IMG/VR virus record: IMGVR_UViG_3300027711_000016
Span: 1 to 26,579 of that record
From: a virus
Lineage: Duplodnaviria; Caudoviricetes
Strand: one strand, 5' to 3'
Length of the DNA: 26,579 nt
Shown: in pieces, positions 8,705 to 17,072 of the stretch
Numbering within the stretch: the first letter of the stretch is position 1
How the letters are laid out: each line of letters starts with the position of its first letter
The notes under the pieces: generated by a model
Told to the model about the DNA's origin: nothing
The model's input: the letters and a program-made list of their open reading frames with translations, nothing else
Database searches by the model: none
Translations under genes and position numbers: made by a program

Positions 8705-8738
8705 GGGTCGTCACCGTCGCGGGTGGCGGCCCTTTTTT
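8705..8738 (+). terminator. Intrinsic terminator-like hairpin, antisense to flanking genes
   Basis: gggtcgtcacc-gtcgcg-ggtggcggccc-tttttt; two G-U pairs form only on the + strand. Confidence 0.7.
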
Positions 8739-8955
8739 ATTCGGCAAAAAACGACAGGTCCACGACCTCCCCGCCTTCGCCTACCGCGTGAATCACGAAC
8801 TCAAATCCAAGCGCCTCGAAATATCGCCTCAAACTCGACAGCGAGCACGAGTTTTTGACCTCCATCGAGGAGACCTGCGCCTGGCTCGTTGCCATACGCT
8901 CGGCGACCTCGGTTTGGTTGAGGCCCGTTTCCAATCGAAAATCTTGCAGTTTCAT
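8737..8955 (-). CDS. XRE/Cro-like helix-turn-helix regulator, 72 aa
   Basis: LQDFRLETGLNQTEVAERMATSQAQVSSME...SLRRYFEALG; start moved to ATG 8955 (CGGAG RBS). Confidence 0.88.
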   Translation of the reverse strand: MKLQDFRLETGLNQTEVAERMATSQAQVSSMEVKNSCSLSSLRRYFEALGFEFVIHAVGEGGEVVDLSFFAE

Positions 8956-8991
8956 TTTTTCTCCGGTGGTGTGGTGTGTGCTGCCTATATG

Positions 8992-9020
8992 CGTATAGCA
9001 TAGGCGGTTATGGTTGTAAA
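8992..9020 (-). promoter_or_regulatory. Putative promoter TTTACA-N17-TATACG (TGn extended) for the HTH/primase operon
   Basis: -35 at 9020-9015, -10 at 8997-8992; overlapped by the imperfect palindrome 8983-9005. Confidence 0.5.
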
Positions 9021-9059
9021 CACTGGTTTTTGGCCGATTGCCGCGCAAATCCGGCTCAT

Positions 9060-9451
<392 letters not shown>

Positions 9452-9621
9452 TCCGGTTATTAGCCAAGAGGGGGCGCGCAGCGGCGCTATGAGCCCAAAC
9501 ACCCGCCATACGCGCGCTTGTTGGCGCTGCGGGTAGGGATTGCTAGGGGCGCGGCGTCGGCGCGCTGTATGGGGGCTAGTTGGAGCTCAGGGCGGGCGTT
9601 GCATGGTGTGGCGGTGGGCAT

Positions 9622-9650
9622 AAAAAAGCCCGGCCTTGTTAGGGCCGGGT
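9622..9650 (-). terminator. Intrinsic terminator ending the 10751-9670 early operon before the putative origin
   Basis: Minus strand cccggcc-ctaacaa-ggccggg-c-tttttt, about 20 nt after the stop at 9670. Confidence 0.8.
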
Positions 9651-9669
9651 CGGCGGGGCGTTGCGATCG

Positions 9670-10065
9670 TTAGAAGTAGCCTGCGGTCAGGTCGGTGTTT
9701 AGCGTTTGTTTGGACTCATCAATATCGGCACCGGCCTCCATGCGCTCGGCGTGGTCTTTGTATGCCGCGGCGCGCTGGTTGGCAGCGTTGAGCCTTGAGG
9801 TTAGTCTGTCGACCTCAACTTCGTTGAATGTCCGGTGCGCGTCGAGGATTCCCGAGACCGAATCGTGGGACGCAGCAACCCTCGAAATAACGTCAATCAA
9901 CTCGCGGATAACCCAATTGGAGCGCTCGGCGCTGGGTCCGGATAGGTGGCCGCCTGATTGCTCCAGGTCGCCGAGCTCATCTTGTGTGGCCCGCATGAGC
10001 GTCAACAGCCTATCCGCATGGTTGGTGGTAATTCCGGCGAGTTTGGTTAATTCTTCGTGGGTCAA
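9670..10065 (-). CDS. Hypothetical helical/coiled-coil protein, 131 aa
   Basis: TTG start with CACACGGAG RBS; followed by a terminator. Confidence 0.75.
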   Translation of the reverse strand: MTHEELTKLAGITTNHADRLLTLMRATQDELGDLEQSGGHLSGPSAERSNWVIRELIDVISRVAASHDSVSGILDAHRTFNEVEVDRLTSRLNAANQRAAAYKDHAERMEAGADIDESKQTLNTDLTAGYF

Positions 10066-10169
10066 TTTGGTTTCTCCGTGTGTAGGGCTGTGGATGACAA
10101 GGCTGGGACGTGCTACAACACTGGCATGAGGCAGCGAGGGGGTCTTTCAGGGTTCCCCCGCATCGCCGG

Positions 10170-10197
10170 CCGGCATGGGCGTCCATGCCGGTTTTTT
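10170..10197 (+). terminator. Intrinsic terminator-like hairpin, antisense to flanking genes
   Basis: ccggcatgg-gcgt-ccatgccgg-tttttt. Confidence 0.65.
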
Positions 10198-10201
10198 GTG
10201 C

Positions 10202-10390
10202 CTAGTCGTCCTGCGGCGGGTTGGTGCGCCCAAGCGCCTGGTGGATCTCGGCGAGCGTCGTGTAGTAGCGCTTGTGCGCGGCGAGCTTGTAGCGCACGCT
10301 CATCCTCGGGCGATTAGCTATCAGCTCATCGAAGATTCGGTCGAGCTCGTCGCAGGCGTTGAGGGCTTCGGTCTTCGTTTTGGTGTTCAT
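10202..10390 (-). CDS. Hypothetical early protein, 62 aa
   Basis: ATG with CACACGGAG RBS. Confidence 0.75.
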   Translation of the reverse strand: MNTKTKTEALNACDELDRIFDELIANRPRMSVRYKLAAHKRYYTTLAEIHQALGRTNPPQDD

Positions 10391-10457
10391 GGTGTTCGTC
10401 TCCGTGTGCGCTGGGTTTGGTGTGATGCCCCGGTTTTGCCCCGGGGTTTGGTTGGTG

Positions 10458-10751
10458 TTATCCGAAATAGCCCTCGGCGAGCTCGCCCAGGCCCATGTTG
10501 TTCGCGATGAGGGTCAATCTTTCCTCGGGCGACAGGCCGGCGTGGTGCGCGCGGTGCGCGGTGTAGGCGCGCACGTAGTGGCCGCGCTCGCCCTCGGTGG
10601 CCTTGCGCCCGAGCGCCTCGTTGAGTGCGCAGTAGTCGCGGATCGTCGGGACCATCGGGGCATTGTCGAGCGAGCCGCTCCCGAGCAGCACCAGGAGTCC
10701 GACGGCGGCGTAGGCTTCGAGCTTGATTGTGTTTTTGGTTGCGTTCGTCAT
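10458..10751 (-). CDS. Hypothetical early protein, 97 aa
   Basis: Start moved to ATG 10751 (CACACGGAG RBS); first gene after the promoter at 10801-10829. Confidence 0.8.
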   Translation of the reverse strand: MTNATKNTIKLEAYAAVGLLVLLGSGSLDNAPMVPTIRDYCALNEALGRKATEGERGHYVRAYTAHRAHHAGLSPEERLTLIANNMGLGELAEGYFG

Positions 10752-10800
10752 TTTGTTTTCTCCGTGTGCGCGCTGGGCCATTCCCCGCTGAGATAATCGG

Positions 10801-10829
10801 AATATAGCTGCCAGCTATATTGCTGTCAA
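10801..10829 (-). promoter_or_regulatory. Sigma70-type promoter TTGACA-N17-TATATT containing a perfect 21-bp palindrome (putative operator)
   Basis: AATATAGCTG-C-CAGCTATATT at 10801-10821; -35 at 10829-10824. Confidence 0.8.
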
Positions 10830-10845
10830 CCCTATATCGGGACTA

Positions 10846-10875
10846 TTGACGAAATAAGCGAAAATAGTTTATGCT
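10846..10875 (+). promoter_or_regulatory. Putative promoter TTGACG-N18-TATGCT for the packaging/head operon
   Basis: Divergent from the 10801-10829 promoter; about 30 nt upstream of terS. Confidence 0.6.
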
Positions 10876-10906
10876 CCTCGCGTAGATACCCAAGGACGCG
10901 GGCGTT

Positions 10907-11473
10907 ATGGTCAACAAAAAGATATGCAGCGGGAAGACGAAAGCCGGCAAGCCGTGCGCAAGGCGCGCGACGGATGGCGCTTTTTGCTACCAGCATGGGC
11001 CTAATGCCAGCCCGTCGAAACCCACCGAAAGACAACGCCGATTCGTAGAGGCGTATATGGGCGCTGCGGCGGGCAACGCCACCGAGGCGGCAAGGCTTGC
11101 TGGGTACTCAGCAAGTGATGATAACTCGCTCGCGTCTATCGGCAATGAGAACTTGCGAAAACTTGCGATTCGTGAGGCTATTGAGTCCCGAGTTGACGCC
11201 GACCCGCTGGTAGCCACACGCTTCGACCGACAACGCTTCTGGACGCGCGTCATGCTCGGAAAGGAGCTCGACAGAGATGAGCCCCCGCAGATGCGCGACC
11301 GACTGAAAGCGGCGAGTGACCTTGCCCGGGCGCAGGGCGACTTTATCGACCGCGTTGAGCATAGCGGCCCCGACGGCAAGGCGATCCAGGTCGAGTCCTC
11401 GCCAGCGGAGCGCCGGGCGCGCATCGCAGAACTCACGGCGATGCTCGGGGTGCTAGACGATGACGACGCATGA
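10907..11473 (+). CDS. terS: Terminase small subunit with an N-terminal Cys/His (zinc-finger-like) motif
   Basis: TERQRRFVEAY...NATEAARLAGYS...ENLRK...RLKA (Terminase_2-type); directly upstream of terL. Confidence 0.9.
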   Translation: MVNKKICSGKTKAGKPCARRATDGAFCYQHGPNASPSKPTERQRRFVEAYMGAAAGNATEAARLAGYSASDDNSLASIGNENLRKLAIREAIESRVDADPLVATRFDRQRFWTRVMLGKELDRDEPPQMRDRLKAASDLARAQGDFIDRVEHSGPDGKAIQVESSPAERRARIAELTAMLGVLDDDDA

Positions 11474-12920
11474 GGCGGAGCTAGAAAGGCTGCTAGAGGC
11501 TGAGCTGCTCGACCGTGCGCGTGAGTCGCTGCTCGCGTTTACCTGCTACACGTTTATCGGGAAATACCGGGTCGGAAAAGTGCACCGCGTGATCGCCGAG
11601 AAGTTGGAGGCTTTCGAGCGCGGCGACATCAAGCGGATGATCCTGACCGTGCCGCCGAGGCACGGCAAAACTCAACTCGCATCTCGGCAACTCCCAGCCT
11701 GGGCGCTCGGTCGAAATCCAGACCGCCAAATAATCGCCACAAGCTACGCTGCGTCACTCGCCGACTCGGTGAGCCTGGACGCGAAGGCGATTGTCGCAAG
11801 CGCCGCCTTCGCGCGCGTATTCCCAGATGTCACGATCGGCGACGATCAGAAGAACACCGCCAGCGAGTGGGGCATTGACGGGCACCGAGGGCGCTATATC
11901 GCGGCGGGTGTCGGCGGTGGTATCACCGGCAAGGGTGGCGATATCCTCATCATCGACGACCCGATCAAAGACGACATCGAAGCGCAATCCGTCACGCACC
12001 GCGAGCGCGTGTGGAGCTGGTACACAAAGGTATTCAAGACCCGCGCCGCCAAAGATGCGGGAATCCTCCTCATTATGACCAGGTGGCACCTGGACGACCT
12101 CGCCGGTCGCCTGCTGGAGCAGTCCAGGCGCGACCCCAAAGCCGACCAGTGGGTCGAGGTGAGGCTCCCCGCGCTCGCCGAAGAAACCGACCGCATCCCC
12201 GAAGAATGGCGCGCCCCGGGCGAGGCGCTTTGGCCGTGGTTTAAGGAAGCAGACGAGTGGGAGAAGAACCGGCGAGAGGACCCCGCGGGACACGCTGCGA
12301 TCGGCCAGCAGCGCCCGGCGCAGGCCGGCGGAACGGTGATTAAATCAGCATGGTGCGGACAGTTTTGGGAGGTGCTTCCGCTAAACGGCGGTGGCCAGTG
12401 GTTCTGGACCGTCGACGCCAAAGCCGGCTCAAAAGACCCGTCTTCCTCGCGCGCGGTTATTCAATTGTGGTACAAACCCGCGACGCGCGAGGCTGAGTTG
12501 TATTTAGTCGACCAGGTGATGGGCGTTTGGGACCACCCCGAGACGCTCGCGCAGATGCGCCGACTTGCCAATATGTCGCCGTGGTCGCGCGCGTCGGCGA
12601 AACTGGTCGAGGCGAAGGCCGACGGCAAAGCCATCATGGCGACGCTCAAATCTGAAATCCCCGGCATCACGCCCATCAACCCGCAAGGGTCCAAGGTGGT
12701 TCGCGCGCGCGCTATTGCGCCCTACTGGGCGGCTGGTAATATATGGCTTCCGCACCCATCGCGCGCGCCGTGGATCTCGGAATTTATTCACGAAATAACC
12801 ACGTTTCCAGCCAGCGCACACGACGACCAACTCGACGCTATGACCATGGCCGTCGACCACGCTTTTGTTCGGGACCAAAACGACCCGATCGCTCATTTGA
12901 GGAGAATCACCGGTGGATGA
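11460..12920 (+). CDS. terL: Terminase large subunit
   Basis: Walker A PPRHGKT, GGGITGKG, Walker B IIDDP, MTRWH.DDL, nuclease HDDQLDA. Confidence 0.96.
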   Translation: MTTHEAELERLLEAELLDRARESLLAFTCYTFIGKYRVGKVHRVIAEKLEAFERGDIKRMILTVPPRHGKTQLASRQLPAWALGRNPDRQIIATSYAASLADSVSLDAKAIVASAAFARVFPDVTIGDDQKNTASEWGIDGHRGRYIAAGVGGGITGKGGDILIIDDPIKDDIEAQSVTHRERVWSWYTKVFKTRAAKDAGILLIMTRWHLDDLAGRLLEQSRRDPKADQWVEVRLPALAEETDRIPEEWRAPGEALWPWFKEADEWEKNRREDPAGHAAIGQQRPAQAGGTVIKSAWCGQFWEVLPLNGGGQWFWTVDAKAGSKDPSSSRAVIQLWYKPATREAELYLVDQVMGVWDHPETLAQMRRLANMSPWSRASAKLVEAKADGKAIMATLKSEIPGITPINPQGSKVVRARAIAPYWAAGNIWLPHPSRAPWISEFIHEITTFPASAHDDQLDAMTMAVDHAFVRDQNDPIAHLRRITGG

Positions 12921-14199
12921 AAGAATAGACTCGATTGCGAATTATCTCTCAGGCCTCGGCGACCCTGAGCGCGATTCCGGCGCGGCGTCGCGCCCGTTTA
13001 TGGACCAGCGCCTGGCGCCCCACGAAATCGACGCGCTGTATCTTCAAAACGACATCGCGGCGATCATCGTCGACGAACTCGTCGAGGAGGCGTTGCGAAA
13101 CGGCTTCGAGATCAAAGACGCCGACAACGCCGACCCCGCGCTTGTGGACGATCTCTACCGGCTCGACGTCGACGGGAAGTTCACCGAGGCCGCGAAGACC
13201 GCCCGGCTCTACGGCGCGGCGTATCTGTGGGTTATCATCAACGACGGTCGCGAGCTCGCGGACGAGATCGGAGACGGCGAGGTCGTGCAGCTTATCCCCT
13301 ACGATCAGTGGGATATGCGCCCGCACGCTGTCCAGGGCGACAAGTCCCAAGAGGGTTACGGCGAGCCGGTCCTGTATCGCTCGCGTGACGGCGAGATCAT
13401 CCACGCGTCTAGGCTGCTAAAGTTCACCGGTGAGCGCCTGCCGCGCCGGTTGTCACAAGGCGGACAAGAGCCGTTTGATTCCGTGCTCCAACGCCCGTGG
13501 CCTAGCATCCGCAGGTTTACCGACGTCGAGAACGCGATCGCTCGTATTGTGCAGTCGTTTGAGGTGTCAAAGATCTCAATCGGCGGGCTTGCCCAGGCGA
13601 TGGCTGCCCAGGGCGGGGCGGAGCTCATCGAAGCGCGGATGAGGCTGATTGCGCGGTCTAGGTCCATCCTAAATATGATCCTCCTCGACGCCGACGCCGG
13701 CGAGCAGTACAGCCGCGATACCGCGTCGGTCGCGGGGCTTACCGAGATACGCATGGGGCTTGCTGAGTCGGTCGCGAAGTCGGCGCGTATGCCGATGACG
13801 ACGCTATTCGGGCAAGCGCCCTCGGGGCTAAACACCGACGGGAATTCCGGCATTCAAGCGTGGCATAAGCGCGTGCAGACCTACCGCGCCCAGGACCTCA
13901 CGCCGCAGATCGACCGGCTTGCGACGATTCTATTTCGCGGCAACGAACCCGCGTCGTGGGCGGTTATCTGGCCCGCGCTCGACGAGCCTAGCCAGCGCGA
14001 GACCGCCGAGCTCCGGAAGATGGTCGCCGAGACAGACGCGCTTTATTTGGACCGCGGCGTCCGCTCGCCCGATCAGGTCGCGCGCTCCAGGGACGGCGGC
14101 GCCGAGTGGTCGATGGAGACCGAGTCGCTCGACGATGACATTGATTTTTCAGCGTTCCAGGAGGCCCTGAGTGGCGTTCAACTTTCCGAAGACGATTGA
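12913..14199 (+). CDS. Portal protein (DUF1073-like)
   Basis: Position after terL; ARLYG, IHASRL, P.T.LFGQAPSGLN.DG motifs; AGGAG RBS before GTG. Confidence 0.9.
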   Translation: MDERIDSIANYLSGLGDPERDSGAASRPFMDQRLAPHEIDALYLQNDIAAIIVDELVEEALRNGFEIKDADNADPALVDDLYRLDVDGKFTEAAKTARLYGAAYLWVIINDGRELADEIGDGEVVQLIPYDQWDMRPHAVQGDKSQEGYGEPVLYRSRDGEIIHASRLLKFTGERLPRRLSQGGQEPFDSVLQRPWPSIRRFTDVENAIARIVQSFEVSKISIGGLAQAMAAQGGAELIEARMRLIARSRSILNMILLDADAGEQYSRDTASVAGLTEIRMGLAESVAKSARMPMTTLFGQAPSGLNTDGNSGIQAWHKRVQTYRAQDLTPQIDRLATILFRGNEPASWAVIWPALDEPSQRETAELRKMVAETDALYLDRGVRSPDQVARSRDGGAEWSMETESLDDDIDFSAFQEALSGVQLSEDD

Positions 14200-14944
14200 G
14201 CGGGATTATCAGCGTTATATCCTGGCGCTGGTTAAAACGATCCGCAGGCTCTACCTCGAAGCGCTCAAAGAATGGGCCCCGTTTAACCTCGACCAGCGCG
14301 CCGACGCCCCGGCAAACCCGGCGCGTATGGCGGCGATGGTGCGCACTGCGTTTTGGGGCACGGTCGACCTTGACGCGATGTTTCAAAAAGTGATCGGCGT
14401 CTATGACCGCTCGCAGAAATACGTCGATAACAACCTCGCGCGCACGTACCTGAGGGCGGCCGGTGTTCGACCCGTGCTCTCGCAGATCCCCAAGGCCCGC
14501 GCGCAGGTGTTCGCCAAGCGCAACGCTGACCTGATCGTCACGCTCTTGGAGGACCAGATCGCACGCATCGAGGCCGCGACGTTCGAGGCGGTGGCCGCCG
14601 GCGCCCGGCCTGAACAGCTCGCCAAGACGATCCGCGAGGAGACCGGCACGTCAGAATGGCACGCCCGTTTTTTGGCGCGCGACCAGACCGCGAAGTTGGT
14701 GAGTAACGCCAACGAGCAACGCCAGCGCGAGCTTGGCGCAACCCGCTATATCTGGCGCACTGTGCAGGATGAAAGGGTCAGGGATTCCCACGCCGCGCTT
14801 GAGGGCAGTATTCAACATTGGAGCGATCCGCCCGAACCCGGTCACCCCGGGGAAGACTATAACTGCAGATGCACAGCCGAGCCGTGGCTTGGCGACGTGC
14901 TTGAGGCGCTGAAAATTAACCCCGACGAGAGTCTTCCGCGATGA
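14171..14944 (+). CDS. Head morphogenesis / minor head protein (SPP1 gp7 / Mu gpF family)
   Basis: ARFLARDQT.K, Y.W.T..DERVRDSH, HPGEDYNCRC. Confidence 0.93.
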   Translation: MAFNFPKTIERDYQRYILALVKTIRRLYLEALKEWAPFNLDQRADAPANPARMAAMVRTAFWGTVDLDAMFQKVIGVYDRSQKYVDNNLARTYLRAAGVRPVLSQIPKARAQVFAKRNADLIVTLLEDQIARIEAATFEAVAAGARPEQLAKTIREETGTSEWHARFLARDQTAKLVSNANEQRQRELGATRYIWRTVQDERVRDSHAALEGSIQHWSDPPEPGHPGEDYNCRCTAEPWLGDVLEALKINPDESLPR

Positions 14945-15141
14945 TAAAATTCACGAAATTAGTAGTCGGTCGCAGGTTCGGCGAGGGCGTGGAACTCACG
15001 CAGGGCGGCGAGGTCGTCGGCATTGTGCGCATCGAGAATAACCCGGGCGGCGGCGGGGTGCGCGCGGTTATCTACGCGCCAAGAGAGACCAAGATTGAGC
15101 GAGTCGGTGCTCCTGGCGAGAGAGAGTTGACAACGAAATAA
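14941..15141 (+). CDS. csrA: CsrA/RsmA-like translational regulator (divergent, lacks the canonical C-terminal helix)
   Basis: LVVGRRFGE...VRAVIYAPRETKIER matches recalled E. coli CsrA LILTRRVGE...VRIGVNAPKEVSVHR with identical VR-AP-R44 spacing. ATGA-coupled to the upstream gene. Confidence 0.72.
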   Translation: MIKFTKLVVGRRFGEGVELTQGGEVVGIVRIENNPGGGGVRAVIYAPRETKIERVGAPGERELTTK

Positions 15142-15155
15142 AATTCATTTATCGT
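15127..15155 (+). promoter_or_regulatory. Putative promoter TTGACA-N17-TATCGT for the capsid/tail operon
   Basis: Perfect -35 and 17-bp spacer, 50 nt upstream of ATG 15205. Confidence 0.7.
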
Positions 15156-15170
15156 CTCATCCATTCACAC

Positions 15171-15200
15171 CATATCAAGGACACGATATGCTCAAGGAGA
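15171..15200 (+). promoter_or_regulatory. Dual CsrA-type site: hairpin with GGA in the loop plus a second CAAGGA in the RBS
   Basis: catatc-AAGGACAC-gatatg, then ctCAAGGAgaagttATG; the two sites are 17 nt apart. Confidence 0.55.
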
Positions 15201-15204
15201 AGTT

Positions 15205-16257
15205 ATGCCCAAGCCTATCGAATCCACACGCGTCTACCGCACCGATGCAGCAGACGCAGCCACGCCCACTGTCGCACGCTATGACCGCGCCGCGCTGAAA
15301 TCTTTCGTCAAAACCGACGAGGGATATTTGCTCGTCGAGGGTTACGCGTCTCGCCCCGGCATCCTGCAATATATCCAGCCCGACGGCACCGCTCGCCGGG
15401 AACTGGTCCCCGCAGACGAACTCGCCAAGACCGATTCGCTCGCGACGCTGGCCCGAAAACCGGTGACGCTCGATCACCCCGATGGTTTCGTGACGCCTGA
15501 GAACGTCGCGGAGCACCAGGTTGGCGATGTCTCGGAGTCGATCGAGATCGAGGAGTTAAACGGCTTCGTCAAGATCCGCATGGCCGTTAGAAAAGCCGAC
15601 GCCATTGAGGCGATCAACAACGGCGTGCGCGAGCTCTCGGTTGGCTACACCACCGAGATCGAGGAGACCTCGGGCGTTGACCCCGTGTTTGGGCGCTACG
15701 ACGCCATCCAGCGAAACCGCAGATATAACCACGTCGCGATCGTCCCGCGCGGGCGCGCCGGCAGCGAGGTCGGCCTCCGGGCCGATAGCGCAGACGAGAT
15801 CGCGGAGCTCCGAGCCGAGATCGCCGCGGTTCGACAGATGGTTGTGGAGGCCGCTAAGGCGCCCGAGCCCGACGCTGAGCCCGCCGATGAGCCGGTGGAG
15901 ATCGACCAGGGGGCGACGCCGACCGAGGAGGCCCCGAAGGCCGACGCCGAGGACAGGATGTCCTGGTTCGCCGCGCGGGTCGACGCGATGGAAGTCGCGA
16001 AGCTCGCAGGCGCAGAGCACGCCGCGACCGCTGATGTTGGGGATATCCAGCGCGCCGTGGTTCGAAAATTCTACGGCGACGTCGAGCGAAACGACGAGGC
16101 ATATATCGCCGCGGCCTACGCGCTCGCGAAGAAGTCGATCCGCGAGGATAGGCACAAAAAAACCTACACCGTTGTTGACGCACAGCCGGCCGCACCGGTC
16201 GAATCCGCCGAAGACATTTATCGGCGCAAACTCAAAGAAACCTTCAATCGAGGATAA
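15205..16257 (+). CDS. DUF2213 family putative prohead protease/scaffold
   Basis: T.EGYL...SRPGI..Y, KPVTLDHP, ELSVGY, NHVAIVPRGRAG; acidic helical C-terminal half. Confidence 0.9.
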   Translation: MPKPIESTRVYRTDAADAATPTVARYDRAALKSFVKTDEGYLLVEGYASRPGILQYIQPDGTARRELVPADELAKTDSLATLARKPVTLDHPDGFVTPENVAEHQVGDVSESIEIEELNGFVKIRMAVRKADAIEAINNGVRELSVGYTTEIEETSGVDPVFGRYDAIQRNRRYNHVAIVPRGRAGSEVGLRADSADEIAELRAEIAAVRQMVVEAAKAPEPDAEPADEPVEIDQGATPTEEAPKADAEDRMSWFAARVDAMEVAKLAGAEHAATADVGDIQRAVVRKFYGDVERNDEAYIAAAYALAKKSIREDRHKKTYTVVDAQPAAPVESAEDIYRRKLKETFNRG

Positions 16258-16262
16258 TCATT

Positions 16263-17057
16263 ATGGCCGCAAAAACAAAACATTTGGCAGGATTTCCCGG
16301 CGGTGCCTACGAGGCATTCGGCGAGGAATTGGACTTCACCAACGCCTCGCCGCTGACCGCGCAGGTCACGACAATCACGTTCGGCGGCACGCTCGCAAGC
16401 AGCGACGTTGTCGAGGTCGCAATCGGCGGCGAGACCGTGAGCATTACGCTCGCAGGCGCGTCGAAAGCGGACGCAGCCAACGCCCTCGCAGACGCGCTCA
16501 ACGCGAATATCGGGATTTACACGCTCGTCTCATCCGTGAGCGATGGCACGTCGAAAGTCACGCTGACTTCGCGCGTTCCCACCGACGCGTTCACAGCGGT
16601 ATCGTCGATCACGAGCTCCGCCGGTACGACCACCGACGCGACCACCGCAGGAACCGGCGCCGACGCCATCCCGTTTGGCCGCTATATCCTTCGCGATGAA
16701 GTCGCCTCGACCGTCACCCCGTACCCGAACCGACGCGGGCGTCTGCCCAGCGCTGCGGGCGATGTCGACGATGACAAGGCGCTTTGCGTCTCGCTTCGCA
16801 AATACGATGAGCCAGGCGACTCCTACGCTCCTAACAGCCGATGCGCTGGAATGAAGCGCGGGTCCGTGGTTGTGCAGCTGGGGTCGGCTACGGAGCCGGT
16901 CGATGGCGGCGTTGCATATGTCGGCCACGGAACGGGCATCGAGGGAGTCTTCTTCGCAAACAATGCTGCGAATACCGTGGCGCTCGATGCATCCGTTGCG
17001 CGTTTTCGTAAATATCTTGGCGACGGCTTGGCCGTTCTCGATTGTAACTTCCACTGA
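16263..17057 (+). CDS. Putative head decoration/cement protein with an inserted beta-rich domain
   Basis: Lies between protease and capsid genes; AIPFGR and RG.V.V motifs; Thr/Ala/Ser-rich insertion. Confidence 0.7.
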   Translation: MAAKTKHLAGFPGGAYEAFGEELDFTNASPLTAQVTTITFGGTLASSDVVEVAIGGETVSITLAGASKADAANALADALNANIGIYTLVSSVSDGTSKVTLTSRVPTDAFTAVSSITSSAGTTTDATTAGTGADAIPFGRYILRDEVASTVTPYPNRRGRLPSAAGDVDDDKALCVSLRKYDEPGDSYAPNSRCAGMKRGSVVVQLGSATEPVDGGVAYVGHGTGIEGVFFANNAANTVALDASVARFRKYLGDGLAVLDCNFH

Positions 17058-17072
17058 TTTTAGGAGCTGAAA

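Noticed and set aside
15605-16699. 364-aa alternative-frame ORF, and minus-strand ORFs such as 16530..17405 and 23641..24762
   Set aside because: They overlap well-supported structural genes; the composition (e.g. Arg/Pro/Ser-rich) is what off-frame or antisense GC-rich codons produce.
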